From contig CP089278.1 in assembly GCA_023920165.1 (NCBI GenBank), positions 2,232,001 through 2,296,000 on the forward strand: a DNA stretch of 64,000 nt, written 5' to 3'. The stretch is from Curvularia clavata. Taxonomy: Eukaryota. Under the pieces are notes generated by a model. The model did no database searches. It worked only from the letters and a program-made list of their open reading frames with translations, and was not told where the DNA came from. Position numbers and translations under genes: made by a program. This document shows, in pieces, positions 23,558 through 37,130 of the stretch. The stretch's first letter is position 1; the number at the start of each line of letters is the position of its first letter.

Positions 23558-26500
23558 TCAACCAACAAGCCTTAGCCCACTTGCAGGCGCTCCAATCTGA
23601 CTGATGCCATCGATCCTGCACACGGTCCCCTTGTATCTGGCGTGGTACTTGGCTCCGCTGTATGGGCTCGTCACTGACGGCTGGCCAGCGTAAATGGGCG
23701 TCAAGCTAGCAGCGCAGATGTCAAAGTCAGCAAACTGGTCAAAGTCAATCTCAATCGCGTCACTTGGATTCCTCTCCGCAACAGTCTTGACACGCTTGGC
23801 AGACTCCTTCATCTTGGCGTTGCCGGTTCGGTCAAGCAGGGCATTCGCAAAGTTGAGGGCAGTGTTCAGCTGCTTGTTCTTATGCGCAAAGTTCATGGCC
23901 GCAGAAAGCGGAATGGACTTGTGTGGGCCTTCGACTTCGGGAATGGTGAAGTAGGCTGACAGCTCCAGGACACGCTTCTTGTCGGCGTCAGAGAGACCAG
24001 AGATGTCAGTAGCGCCATTGAGCATCTTGCGGCGCTCGAGCTCAATGGTCATGGCAAGAATGTACTGAGTAGCCGTGTTGATCGCCTTCCTTGCCTGGAA
24101 TAATTTGTTAGTTATACGTCGATCACACGACGTTGATAAAACTTACATCAGAGAGTTCGGCTTGAGAGGAAACAACGTTGACCATGATGAGTTGCAATAG
24201 CTTCCTGAATGTCGCGATACCATCTTCCAACTTATTCTTGACCAGAGCTTGCTTGCCAGCGAGTAGGTCGTTGGTCAAGATTGACTCCAGATCCCGTGGA
24301 ATAATTGGCAAAATCTTCCGCGAGTCTGTCTCGTCAACTGTCCTTCGTACATAGTTGACCAAAGATGGCATGTTGGGCGTAGCCGGCAAGAATGTCCGTG
24401 TCGCTTGGTAGATTTCCTGGAAGCGCTCCTCGAGAGGTGCAAAGTTGACAGCACCAACTTGGCGGTTCAGCAGCTGCATGGCCGTGTCAAAGGAGCCTGC
24501 AGCAACGTGGTCTGCTGCCAAGGGTGAGTTGCGTGCCCAAAGGTCGGCCTCGCTGCTACCAGCACCGGTCTCGGCACCCTCAACCTCGACAAAATCGTCC
24601 TCTGCTTCTACCTCAGCATCATCGCCCATGTCCCATCCGCCGATGTCGTCCTCTTCATCGCCACCAAGGTCAGCCGCAGCACCAGTGGGTTCTGCTTCGC
24701 CCAGCAGATCTTCATCGCCGTAGCCGTTTGCTGCCGGCTCCTCGGATCCAATGCCCTCAACCTCGCCTTGCAGAGCCTTCTCAAACACAGTCGAAGAAGC
24801 TGCACGTGTCGGCCAGTTCGCTTGGTATGTCGGCACAATTGGCTTCACGGGCGAAAGAGGGCTTCCTATCGTAGGCAGCTTGACCTGGTCTTCTGAGACG
24901 CCTGCAGCGTCCAAGATTGACTGTGCTTGTTCGTCGAGACCGTGGGCCTTGGCTGTGGCGTATGCAAGTGGATACAGGTCGAGCTCCTGGAACATTTCTA
25001 TCCGATTTTGCACATCCCCCAAGTAGAGTGCGTTCTGGAATCGGGCCGTCATATCTCCACGATGCTCTGCGATCTTGGCCATGCGCTTCAGCTTATCCTG
25101 GTCTCCTGTAGTGAGGTAGAGAAACGATAGCTTGTCAAAGTTCCGTAGTTCTGTCACCCATCAGTTATCAAAGTCTGTGTTATCAACTGGGTATACTTAC
25201 TCTGATATGTCATTTCTACAGTTTGGTGGTTACCATGTGCCAGCGCCTCGTTACTCAATCGCTGCCAGAGCTTGGGACGATCGAGTTGTTTTGCCATCTC
25301 TACCGCAACATCAAGGTTACCGCATTCGATGGCAAGCTCGAATCGTGTCTGGGGATCCTGGACGAACTGGAGTGCAATTTCAGGATATCCCTTCTTTTGA
25401 AGATACGAGATGATGCTCTGTCCAACCAGACTAGAAGTCTTGATGATGTTAAGCATCTCATCGTAGTTTCGCTTTACGAGGGCGAGCTTGAATCGGTATT
25501 CGGTAGGGTCGATCTGGAGAATCTTGGGTTTGGCAGCTCGGTCCAGACAGTACACGTTACGACCCTTGACCCTGACGAGATAAACAGTCTGTTCAAGGGT
25601 GCGAACGATGCCGTTGTCGCCATTCATCAAGCTATACTTGATGTGATTCAAGGTGGAGTAAAGTAAGACGCCAGTGTCGTCGAAGACAGCGCTCTTGATG
25701 CGGATCGTCTCGTGTAGAGTGCTGACCTGCTCCAAGTTCTTTGTTGCGATGGTGACATTGTGCTTGCTTAGGAGAGCCACATGCAGTCCATCTGATGACC
25801 AGACGACATACTTGACGCCATTCACAGACAGCTCAGCAAGGTTCTTCTTAGCCTGAATATCATACAGGACAACAGAGGTAGGTGTTATCAAGAGCAGGTT
25901 GCCGGTACCGCCAAAGTAAATATCTGTTGTGCCATGTGGAGGCTTGATAGTCTTTGTGGTCGAGTTGGTAAGGTCCTTGATATCAATCTGCTGGTTGGCC
26001 TGGTTGAAGACTGCAAATCGGTTCCGAGCTACGAACACAGCAGAGTTACCAGAGCCACGCTTTGTGTCAGTCGGCTCGACAGCTCCAGAAGCGTCACGTG
26101 GAAGACTGATTAGCTCGTATGTTCCGCTGTCAGCTGGAGATGTGACCAAGATTGAGCGCTCAGCAGGGTTATAGGAGAGTGTCCGTGGAGGTACCCAGGC
26201 GCTTCCCAGCTTCTTGAGAGACAGCATGGAAGGCGACTCGAGGTTCTTCTGGAAATCATACGAGCGCACATGCTTCTCCTTAGTGATGTAGAAAAGGTTG
26301 TTCTGGTATACAGCAGATGCGGGTCGCTCACGCTCCAATTTGAATACCATTACACCGTTGTCGTGGCCAGCAGCGAAGAGGTTGATCTCAGGGTGTGCCG
26401 CAATGACCCAGAAGCGATCGTTTTCCCTCTTGAAGGACTGAACCGATGTTCGCCTGTTAAGGTCCCATACACGGATCGTCTTATCCTCGCCAACGGAGAG

Positions 26501-27603
26501 AATCAAATCTTGGTGGGGGTGGAACAAACACGCAGATGCGTTCTGGAAGTGTCCTCGACAAGTGTCCACTTCCCATGCTTTTGTCTCTGACATCCTCCAC
26601 AGCTTCACCAGACGATCGTCACCCGCAGAAACGATCAATGGCAGCGTAGGGTGGAATGCCACCCAGTTCACACCTCGGTCGTGACCTTCAAGCACAAACT
26701 TGACAACGGCGTCTGTGTTTCCAAACATGTCTGCCTGATTCTGGTTGGCACGCGCCATCTGATCTTCAAAGGACATGGCTTGTGGCGCCGAATGCTTCTT
26801 TCTCAGACCTGAGATGTCCCAAACGCGAACCGACTGGTCGAGGGAGGCGGAAACGATCAAGTCCTCCTTGGGATGGAACTGTGCGCACATGGTGTAATGG
26901 TTGTGGCCGGTCATGGTGCATACTTAGTAAGGGTTAGATGGGGGGGTTGCGAGGTCTTGGGGGCGAAACTTACTCAGAGAGCCTGTTCATGTTAGCACTG
27001 TCTTGCACAAGGGACCGGGGGTACTTACGGTTCTGCCAATTCCATATGCGAATAGTCTCTGCTATGTGTCAGCAGGCATCTAGCCAGGTCGCAGTATGCG
27101 CTTACGGTCATCGGAGCTACTCAATATCCACGGCAGCTCGTGGTGGAAGAAGACGGTTCGGACATAGTCCAAGTGACCGTTCAATGTGAAGAGGCAACGC
27201 CGCGTCTGGTACGACCAGACCTTGATCTTGTAGTCATCGCCGCCGGAGACGAACCTGTCCGTCTCAGTATATGGCTATGTAGAGGCCAGTTACTCCAAAT
27301 GCTCACAATGGCTGCGTCTTGTGAAAGTCAACGCCGCGAACCGGTCCGTCGTGTTCTTCAAAGCGGTCGATGAGGGTGCCCATGCGGTAGTCCCATAGTT
27401 GGATAGTCGACGAGTGTAGCGACACGAGGATCCAAGGCCTTGGGGCGGTCAGTAGAGAACAACTAGCCAGGGCATTCGAGGGCACAGGTACCTCTTGGGG
27501 TGGAAGGCAATGCCCTTCGCACGCGAGGACTTGGACTCGAACTGGGGCGAGTTAGCTGGCGAGTTGAGCGCATAGGTACGGAGCTGGCTACCTTGGTCAA
27601 CAT
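23558..27603 (-). CDS. COP1: Coatomer subunit alpha (multi-exon)
   Basis: [23 protein letters not shown] start, WD40 repeats, [15 protein letters not shown] and a C-terminal [12 protein letters not shown]...IGAPASGL segment. Confidence 0.97.
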
Positions 27604-28851
27604 GGAAGGAGAGGAGGACATGGCGGGATTGGGGACGAAGCCGCAGCTTCACTGTCGTCTACGGAGGACTCAATGCAAGAGACAGCGAGCGCGCAGGCCA
27701 AGGGGTATCGGGGAAAAGAGAAAGAAACACGGTGTTGACTATTATCAGCGGTATTGCGGCCTCTGCCTGAGCTGCTCTGTCCAATGTTCGATATGCCACG
27801 CAACATTCGGATTGTCCTCTAAGACAGGCTAGCCGTATCTGGGGTTAGCGTACATTCCCCACCAAGGTCACGTGAGATACTCGCGACGTGACTCCACGCC
27901 TCGTGCCAGAGCGTCGCGGGATCCAAGCTTCAATCTGGAAACCCACTGGACATATTACAGTTTCGACACGAACGCCCGTGAGCAGAGCCTCACTTTGACG
28001 GGCCGCCTCCTCGCAAATTCGCCTTCGCTGCGTGGCCTCGGCTGCCCTGGTCCGGCGTGCCCCGCCGAACTCACCAATGCGACCTCTGTGCCAGCTGGCC
28101 ATCGTAGTGCCAGCACTACCTACCCGCCCTGTGCAGCATAATCTTGGTCGCTGACCTCATTGGGCACCCATCCGGCCTGACGCAAGGGAGAGAGCCCGAA
28201 TTGCTGCTGCGACTAATCGTTCGCGACCACATATCGTGGCCAGCGTCGGAGTCATGGAGGCAAGGCGATGCTGCACATGGAAAGGGCAGCAATGCTGCAG
28301 ACCGCAGACCCGCTCCGTGCCCGGACAGCTCACTGCTGAAACGCAGGTGATAATTGGCGACATTCCCACGCACATTCCTCACGCTGCAGGGAATTCGTAC
28401 CTTCACGACTTTTCTTCTCCTCGCACGCACATCCCCCCATTCGATTACTTAGAGCACGCGCTGCGCACACCAGACTGACCTGTTCTTCGTGGCTCTCACC
28501 GATCTGCGAGCTCCATTTCCTGCATTGCTGCCTATAGTACCTGCAATTCGACTACCTGCACGATAAGCCAAGGCGTTGCAGGGTTCGACTTGTCAAAACC
28601 TCTCCACTGCGCTCGAGCTCGCCGCTCAGATATCCCAGTAAAACACACTCGGGCCACCTCCAGAATGCTACAGTCGACGCAACTTCTGTTCCCTATTTCA
28701 AAGATTAGACACGCCTGTCGGACTTTGATTCCTTGAGTGATCAGCAACAACTTATCCAGACGGTCACTGATACGTACGCCTTCGCAATTGGCTGCAACCA
28801 AGCCTGACGCAATCTTTCCCATCCACCCTCCACGACGACAGCCTCCGCACC

Positions 28852-29763
28852 ATGGCAGACCATCGCCAGCCGCCAGTCACTCCTCTCGACGGGCACCTAC
28901 AATCGCCACCCATGACGCCCAGTCCCGAAGCACACAGTCACTTCGCACCCCCACCACACCAGCCTTCTCCAGGATACAAGCGTATGGACAGCAGCGTGCA
29001 GACACCACCCCTCGAGTACATTGAGCCAACTGGCTTCAATCACCAATTCAGCTTTACCCGCCCACAGTCTTGCGAACCATCTTCGCGCCCGTCCTCAGAT
29101 TCTGAACGAGCTTTTGCTGCAACAACCTGCGAAGATTCCGACTCTGGCAGTGAATCCGATGACGAGCATGAGACTGACCAGGAAAACGATCAGGAGGAGC
29201 AAGTCCCCCTGCGCCGCGTGGACAAAGCTCAATTCATACTCGAAGAACTGGACAGCGATCCTGGCTACGACTGCGATGTAGAGGTAGTTCAGCCAGACCA
29301 TTGCGAAGACGCTAAGAGCGAGAGGAGTGGAGTCAAGGCAGAGATATTTGCCAGAATGAACGAATTGCAGCTCGAAGAAGATTCATCGGAAGATGAGGAG
29401 AGAGTGCGCAAATACCAACAAAAGAAAAAGAGATGGAGTGCGGGCATCTTTAAACGCAGCTACAGCCAGAGCGTTGAAGGTGACAGCAGCTACTCCGATA
29501 ACGACCCCCTAGACGACATTGACACGAACGCACGTCGGCTTCGCCGTCGCGTACGCGGGCCAAGAAGAGAGTCGATGCTGATCTTTGAAGATCGGGGTGT
29601 TTCGAACACCAACAACATTCTTGAAGTGGAGGAGCCCGAAGAAGGAACAGTGCTGCACTCAAAAGGCCCGCCTTCCATCCCGAGCGACGATGGCTTCACT
29701 CTAGATGAGCTTCCGTTCTGGAGAGTGCACGATACTATAGATATCGAGTATGAATACGAGTAG
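28852..29763 (+). CDS. Hypothetical acidic, disordered protein with a basic NLS-like patch
   Basis: 303-aa ATG ORF in good context; Pro-rich start, acidic tracts, and KKKRWSAGIFKR and ARRLRRRVRGP segments. Confidence 0.7.
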   Translation: MADHRQPPVTPLDGHLQSPPMTPSPEAHSHFAPPPHQPSPGYKRMDSSVQTPPLEYIEPTGFNHQFSFTRPQSCEPSSRPSSDSERAFAATTCEDSDSGSESDDEHETDQENDQEEQVPLRRVDKAQFILEELDSDPGYDCDVEVVQPDHCEDAKSERSGVKAEIFARMNELQLEEDSSEDEERVRKYQQKKKRWSAGIFKRSYSQSVEGDSSYSDNDPLDDIDTNARRLRRRVRGPRRESMLIFEDRGVSNTNNILEVEEPEEGTVLHSKGPPSIPSDDGFTLDELPFWRVHDTIDIEYEYE

Positions 29764-30679
29764 GGGTCATGGATTACGTTACTCACGCGGGACGAGATTT
29801 AGCTAATGTCTTTCACATTCATTTGTCTTTTCTCACCAAGCATGGCGTTCATCAGCGAGGAGTTTTTGCAGCGTTATTATGAGGGTTAGCATGACTGTGT
29901 CGAATGAATCCGTCTTTAGTTCTGCCTTGCTTAGCTTTGATCACCCATGCAAGATTCATCATGTTGCCTCTTATGACCAATGTGGCTATCGCCTTGCGCA
30001 GTTCTCACTTTAGTTGTCTATTTGTAAGGGTTGCTGACGCTTTCAGTCTTGGGGCTATTTTTGGAATCATTTTCGCTAAGCGGCGGGCCCTAGGCGTCAA
30101 CAACGGCGAATCTGGGGCGTTAACACCACTCATTCCAACCCCACACAATTTACCAGGATGTTTTTCTTGCCGAGGAAGACTCTCGAATAGTACGGGTGGT
30201 AGCTGTTCCGTTCTCTGCGCCTCATTGGGAAGCCTCATGGCCCCTGAGCCTCATCCTTCCGGAATAAAAGAATATCTTGAGCGAAGGTCAAGGGCAGGTG
30301 CCGCCAGGATATCCTGGGAGCCCCGCTCACACGTCATCTAAACATGTTTCATACACGCCAGCATTAGTTAGCACTTGTTTTGTTCTCATGGCGTTTTGTG
30401 CTGTTCGAATGCAGGGCGTACAGACGCACTAGGTTCACGCCGCTCAGCCCCCCACTAAAACGCTGACGGGCTACAGAAAAGGCTGACTTTTTTTTGCAAA
30501 TTTAACCAATAGATATTTCTGGACTGTTTACTATATCGACAGCGTACGTATGTTCCGAATTAAGCATACCGTCATTTGGCGGTCTGCGAACACTGTACAG
30601 CCATGACGCTATCTTCGGATTGAGGAGTTACCGTGTAAGACATCTGATCAAAGTGCAAAAATGAGCTTCATCGATGAGG

Positions 30680-30685
30680 TATAAG
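30680..30685 (+). promoter_or_regulatory. Putative TATA box of the spherulin gene
   Basis: TATAAG ~150 nt upstream of the ATG, followed by a pyrimidine-rich leader. Confidence 0.4.
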
Positions 30686-30832
30686 TATGGTATGGTACGG
30701 CACACTGTTGAAGAATCATCTCCTTACTCACAATCAACAAACCATACTACAACCATCTCCTTTTTCTTTCTTCTTTTCCTTATCTCATTTCTTTCCTCTG
30801 CTGTACAGATCTTCATTTCTTAATCAGTAACC

Positions 30833-31691
30833 ATGTTCACTGTCACTAAAATCGTCGCTGCTGCGCTCACTCTTGGAGCTGTTCAAGCCCTTCCTCCATC
30901 CCAGAGCTCCCCACCAGCCTACACCACAAGCGCTTCCACCACTTCGTACGCACCTCCGGCTGCCACTTCAAGCCAGGATGCTCTTTTCGATGACCTCTTC
31001 ACTGCTCCTACGGCTATCAAGCGCTTCCAGAGGCTCCTCACTCAGGGACAAACGCTCCTTACTGGAGATGCTTTGAGGAAATTGGTCGTCTTTACCTTCG
31101 ACCGAAACACTCCTCCTCCAATGGGTGCCAAGGGTGGTGTCGCTGTCGCTGCCGTGAGTACAATCAGTGCATAGACTTATAGTTTCATACTAATCAGTTC
31201 CATAGAACATCGAAACCTTCCCAATCCTCACCGACCTCGGCATTAGCACCACTGTTGGTTTCCTTGCGCCCTGTGGCATCAACACTCCTCACGTCCACCC
31301 CCGTGCCACCGAGTTCCTTACTCTCGTCGAAGGCAACAACCTCCAATTTGGCTACGTGCTCGAGAACGGCCTCGTAAAACCCGGCGACAACCCGGAAATC
31401 GCCGGTTACCTCAACAAGTTCGAAGGCACCGTCTTCCCCCAGGGCTCCATTCACTTCCAGTTTAACAACAACTGCGAAAATGCTACTTTCGTCGCTACTC
31501 TGAACTCCGAGGACCCCGGAACCAGCCAGGTTGCCCAGAACTTCTTTGCTCTCAACTCGGATGTCGTCAAGGCTACGCTTGGCTTCCCCAGCTCCATCGA
31601 TGCATCCAACATTGAGGAGTTCCGCAAGCAGATTCCCCCCAACCTAGCTCAGGATATGGACAAATGTCTCGCCAGGTGCAACAAGCACTAA
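30833..31691 (+). CDS. Secreted spherulin-1 / germin-like cupin
   Basis: Signal peptide, germin box GINTPHVHPRATEFL and FPQGSIHFQFN; intron ~31154-31205. Confidence 0.9.
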
Positions 31692-32495
31692 GCTCTTAAG
31701 TAAACTGTTAGGTGATGTTGAGGGAGTCGGTACGCATGCAGCATTATAGATTCGGTCATTCATAGCGACGGTGTTTACGATAATGTTTTTGATGGGTTGG
31801 CTTTTGGCCCATGGTTACTCTTACTTATGACTTTTTTTTTGGCTTCTTGTTTATACACTCGTTAGACTCATATAGGAAAACACTTGTTTAGCAGGCTCTT
31901 TGCCTTGCTATCTCGATTATGGTGCAGCTGGAAATTGACGCAAACGCGCTCGTGAGCTGTGAAAGTCTGATCTTCTACCTTGATAAGCCCTAATATCAGC
32001 TGATTGTAAGTTGCTTGGCCTTTGGAAAGCGGAATCCTGCGTGGAGTAGCGCTGATGGAGGATCAGTTGGTTCCTTGATTTGGTTGGCAGCACTCTCAAA
32101 GCCCTCCTATTGGCATACAAACGAATTTGGTTGAAGTCCATTTCAGTAATAGCCTCCTCTTTTAAGATCTGCTTTTAGATCTCTTGGTATACAGATTGCG
32201 GTACGCCTAATTTTAAGTGGAGGGGTTGGGCCTGGGTCGTGGACGCGACGAGCCATAGCCGTGTGGCTCAGCAGCGCGCTGGACCCTGGAAATGTTATTT
32301 TGGCTTCTTGACTGGACTTCAGCCCCACAACTACTCACTCAGCTCACCAGACTAGGAGTCACCCGCTTCAGCTGAGCCCAAAACGGCGGTAAATTAGTGC
32401 TCTTCTTGACCTCAATTTACTGTACTTAAGCCTTTCATTCCCTATTTTCTGTCGGGTTCGTAAAGCACACCAAGCACCCCTCCATTTACCCCGCC

Positions 32496-33914
32496 ATGGC
32501 CGACACAATGGCCGACCCCGCAGCCATTCTCGACGAGATTGCCGTAATCGAGAAACGAATTGAAGAAGCGCAGGCGCAGCTCAAAGATGCAAAGGAAAGG
32601 TTACGAAAGGCGCAAGATGCTGCGTACGTAGGGCCGAGCACGAGCATGACGGCGGAAGAGAAGATGGCGCTCATCAAGGTCAACTTGGCTGAGGTGCTGA
32701 ACCCGGAGATTATGGACGAGGCATTGAAGAAGCAAGGTCATTTGAAGGTCTACTGGGGTACTGCCACAACAGGGCGCCCTCACTGCGGATACGTACGTCT
32801 TTGCGTGATTGGGATTGGGTCGCGTGCACTACTAACAAACTGGACGTAGTTCGTGCCCATCCTCAAGCTTGCGCAATTCCTTGCGGCAGGCTGCCATGTT
32901 AAGATCCTCCTCGCCGACATTCACGGTTTCCTCGACAACCTCAAAGCTCCCATTGAGCTCGTCAAGTACCGCGCCGAGTACTACCGCTTCACTATTACCG
33001 CGCTGCTAAAGGCTGTCAAAGTACCGATTGAAAAGCTGGAGTTTGTACTGGGTTCGAGCTACGAATTGAATGCGGACTACACAATGGACCTGCTACGACT
33101 GGCGAGTATAACGAGCGAAGCTGCGGCGAAAAAGGCTGGTGCCGAAGTCGTCAAGCAGACGGAGAATGCCCCATTGAGTGGGCTTATCTACCCCCTCATG
33201 CAGGCTCTCGACGAGCAGTACCTTGACGTGGATGTTCAGTTCGGTGGTGTAGACCAACGTAAGATCTTTGCACTCGCAAAGGATGTACTGCCCAAGATCG
33301 GTTACAAGGAGCGCGCCCACTTGATGAACCCCATGGTTCCTGGTCTGCAAGGTGGAAAGATGAGTGCCTCGGACCCAGACTCCAAGATTGATGTCCTCGA
33401 CGATGCAGATGTCGTTAAGCGCAAGCTTAAGAAAGCGCACGCGGCGCCTAAGATTGTCGAGGAAAATGGCGTTCTCAGCTTCGTCGAGTACGTCCTCCTT
33501 CCTGCCGGCCATCTCATCTATGGCGAGCCCAAATTCGTCGTCAAGCGTCGTGAGGGCGAACCCCTCGTTTACACGGAGATTTCAAAGATGCAAGAAGACT
33601 ATAGAAACGATATTCTCACTCCCCAGGATCTCAAGCCTGCGGTCACAGAGGCCCTGATCACTCTGCTCGACCCTGTACAAAAGGAGTTCCAGGCCAACCC
33701 TGAATGGAAGGAAATCGAGCAAAAGGCTTACCCACCACCACCTGTGGTTAAAAAGGAGAAGAAGGTTAAGAACAAAGGCACCTTCCATCCCAAGAAGAAT
33801 GTTGAGGCCAAGCCAGATGGGCACGTTGAGGGTGCGGACAAGGCGACGGTAGATGTGGGTACCGAGGGAGGCGAGAAGGCTATCCAGAATCTGACTCTGG
33901 AAGAGAAGAAGTAA
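32496..33914 (+). CDS. TYS1: Cytoplasmic tyrosyl-tRNA synthetase
   Basis: [14 protein letters not shown] (HIGH), [20 protein letters not shown] and GGKMSAS (KMSKS); intron ~32792-32849. Confidence 0.96.
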
Positions 33915-34144
33915 GAAGGTAGCTTTGTAAGCATAGAGATACACGTTTCGAATAGAAATACACTCAAAAAGAATAAGACAATTCATTAGTCTATGGTATC
34001 ATGCTGTCAAGTCATTTCACGTCAGCCATCCATCCAGCCTCTAGCCTACTCATACGAACACGACTCACGTAAAAGCACTTCTCTGCCTCTCTTTCCATCT
34101 ATGCAAAGGGAACGTATTTGGCACGTTTATTAGCCCCGCCGCGT

Positions 34145-36186
34145 TTACTCCACTTCCTCGTATATCTTGACCTTTTCCGCATACTCGCGGATATTGGAAT
34201 GAATTGTTTCTTCAATCAATTCACCCCTTCCGCCTGCAACCTGCAGAATCAAATCGTTCAACGACATGCGACCGAGGATGTCGACGTGGTCCGCTACAAT
34301 TGTACGTCAGCTAAAGAAAAATAGCAGGAAGGGAAGAAAATTAGACGTACCAGTATTCGGCCCGCCTCTCGGACTAAACCGGTCAGGCTCATGTTTCATC
34401 TCAAACGTCGTGACCTTCACGCCAGCAGGATTGTACCTCTTGATCTTCCACCCCTTAGCACACATGTACCCGCTACTGAGAAGATTGACGGTGCCATCAC
34501 CTTCGCCCATGACAACGCCATGGTCTACGTTACCCTCAGTATACACAGTGTCGAGCGTGACGTTAAGATTACTGGTTGGATCATCGTCGCTGCGGTAGTA
34601 ATAGGCGCGCTCTGTCTCTTTTCCGATGCCGTAGAAACAGTAGATCTTCAGGTTGGGAGCAAGCGGCAGACGCGTTTCGAGGGGATTGATCCATTTCGCA
34701 GGAAGAAGCTGGTTGTCTTCGACTTGCTTGGTCGTGTGTGCTACGCTGTGGGAGTAGGATGTCTGGACCATCTTTTTATACCAGGGTTCTGTGTTTCTGA
34801 AGAGGAAAGGGAGGCTTCCATCAATGGTGATATTCTTTTTCGTCAAGGTGGAATTTGCATTGCGAAAGCGAATGAAATTCCCGTGGGTCACGTTTTGCCC
34901 GGGTGCGTCGTCGGGAGCGCCAGATTCATCGCCCCAGACGGCGTTTCCGCCAAGAGGTAGCATGGAGGAAAGGCCAGGCATAGCGCGGAAGATTTCGGCA
35001 CGTTCAGAGCGCGAGAGGAAGCGGTCGAGACCGTAGACGGCGAAGGCATTGAGTTGGGCTGTGTCTTTCATTTCTCCAGAAAGCACAGCAGGGACGTCCT
35101 TCACAGCGCCAAGCATGCAGCCCGAGATATTGATCCAGGAGTCCACATATGCGTCCACCCAACCCGGTCCGCCGCCACCATAACCTTCTGCTTCTACCCA
35201 ATGGAGGAAGTAGTACAGCACTTGTGAGCCCATGGAGTGTGAAAGAAGGACGACCTTCTTATTCGATACACGGACAGCAATTTCGATGTGGGCCTTGAGA
35301 CGAGTAAAGTATTGATCGCGTTTTTCGTAATTCATATAAGACATGCGCCAGTCGTAAGCTGCCGTGAAGGCATTCCCGGGATCATACCCTACCGTCGCGA
35401 GGTTCTCAAGAATCTTGTTCCAAATCCAGTATCCAGTTATAAAGAAGTCTGCTGCATCGAACCCCTGTGCTGCGCGGAGTTTGATGCCTGGAGGATCAAG
35501 ACCGGTATCTTTATCGAGCATAATGTGCCGCTTCCACTGTGCTTTGTCAAGGACTAATGCGCGCATCATAGTCCACGACCCCCACAGTCTCTTCCTGAAG
35601 TACTGTCTTGAACTTTCCTCCGTGCCCCACGACTCCAGGCCAGTGGAGATAACGCCGGGTATCATGATAACAGGGTGCTTAGCTTTGATACCCTGCTTCT
35701 GTGCGTGTAAACCGACGGCAAAGGAATCATAGTTTACGGCGTCTCGTTCGGTTTTCTACTTGAGTTGGGAAAGTCAGCCTCGATTCCTCACTCCGAACCA
35801 TGGGCTCCTCGTGAGTATAGCAAGAGTCCACGTACCTGCAACTGCTGCGCACTCTTTACAAAGTTATCCGGCAGTGCTTCCAGAATAGCCTCGAGGTTCA
35901 TCTCCCCAAAACCACTTAGGTCAATCATATCATTGTTACTTGCGAAGAAGCCGGCAACTAGCAGTCCAAATATCCCACCGAGAGCGAAGACCCAGAAGTT
36001 CCTCCTCTTCTTGTGTTTCCCCTGTTGCTTTAATGTCGCCAGCTGTTCCTCGGTAATCAGTCGCATATTCGGTGGCCGTTTACCGCCCTGTGCCGGTGAG
36101 GGTTCGCGCGAAAGCTCAGGCGTCGAGTCCTCTGCTTCGCTATTGCCGCTGCCGCTGCCGCCAAAGCGGCGTCTCAGGAACGACAT
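34145..36186 (-). CDS. LRO1: Phospholipid:diacylglycerol acyltransferase (3 exons)
   Basis: N-terminal TM, PGVISTGLESW, AAYDWR, SHSMG nucleophile, GEGDGTV, and a last exon ADHVDILG ending at the stop at 34145. Confidence 0.95.
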
Positions 36187-36432
36187 CTGCGGCGATTATT
36201 TTGAGGGGTATTCAGGTGACGGAGTGGTTAGTAACTAGCAGAAATCCCCCGGCACGAGGTCTGTTTTGCTCTCTTCGCCAATGTCCGAAACCTCCGACAT
36301 GTGACGGAATGATCAGCGCAAGGGTCTCGAAGGCACGTTGCCGCCGTTTGCCAAGCCGGGGGTCCTCTCCGCAGCCCTACCAAAGCACCTCGACTTGCGG
36401 GCGGCTTTCGCAAAGTCACTTCCACGCACGAC

Positions 36433-37130
36433 ATGGCCGAAAATGACAATGGGGCTTCTGCGGTTGAAGCTACTAAGGCAGTCGATACCAAAAACCTGAA
36501 GGAATCTGACTTACAGTATATTCAATATGAGTCTTCAAAAGAAGAGCAATACCTCCCCGCCATCCGCCAGCTGATCTCGAAAGACCTCTCTGAGCCATAC
36601 AGTATCTATGTATACCGGTATTTCCTGTACCAATGGGGCGATCTTTGCTACATGGTATATATTGCCCATGCTTTGCGCCTGTTCTCTGCATCGTGTTAAC
36701 TGGTCATTTCCAGGCGATCTCCCCCACCAATGCTCTAATCGGCGTGATAACATGCAAGCTCGAACCGCACCGCTCAGGGACCTATAGGGGCTACGTTGCG
36801 ATGCTCGCGACGCAGCAGGAATACAGAGGTCGTGGCATAGCGACTAAGCTTGTCCGGCTCGCAGTGGACGCCATGGCCGCTCGCAATGCCGATGAGATAG
36901 TCTTGGAGACGGAAGTGTCCAACACGGCAAGCCTGAAGTTGTATGAGAGGCTAGGCTTCATAAGGAGCAAGAGGTTACATCGGTACTACCTGAATGGGAA
37001 TGCAGCATTTAGGCTGATCCTCTACTTGAAGGAGGGAACGGCACTCAAACGGCCTGAACACGTTGCGCATGGTGAGATGGGTGAGATGCACGGCTTGAGG
37101 AGACCGGACGAGGCAGAATTATATTCGTGA
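36433..37130 (+). CDS. MAK3: NatC N-terminal acetyltransferase catalytic subunit
   Basis: DLSEPYSIYVYRYFL, RGYVAML, RGRGIA, LYERLGF and RYYLNGNAAFRL; intron ~36655-36713. Confidence 0.95.
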
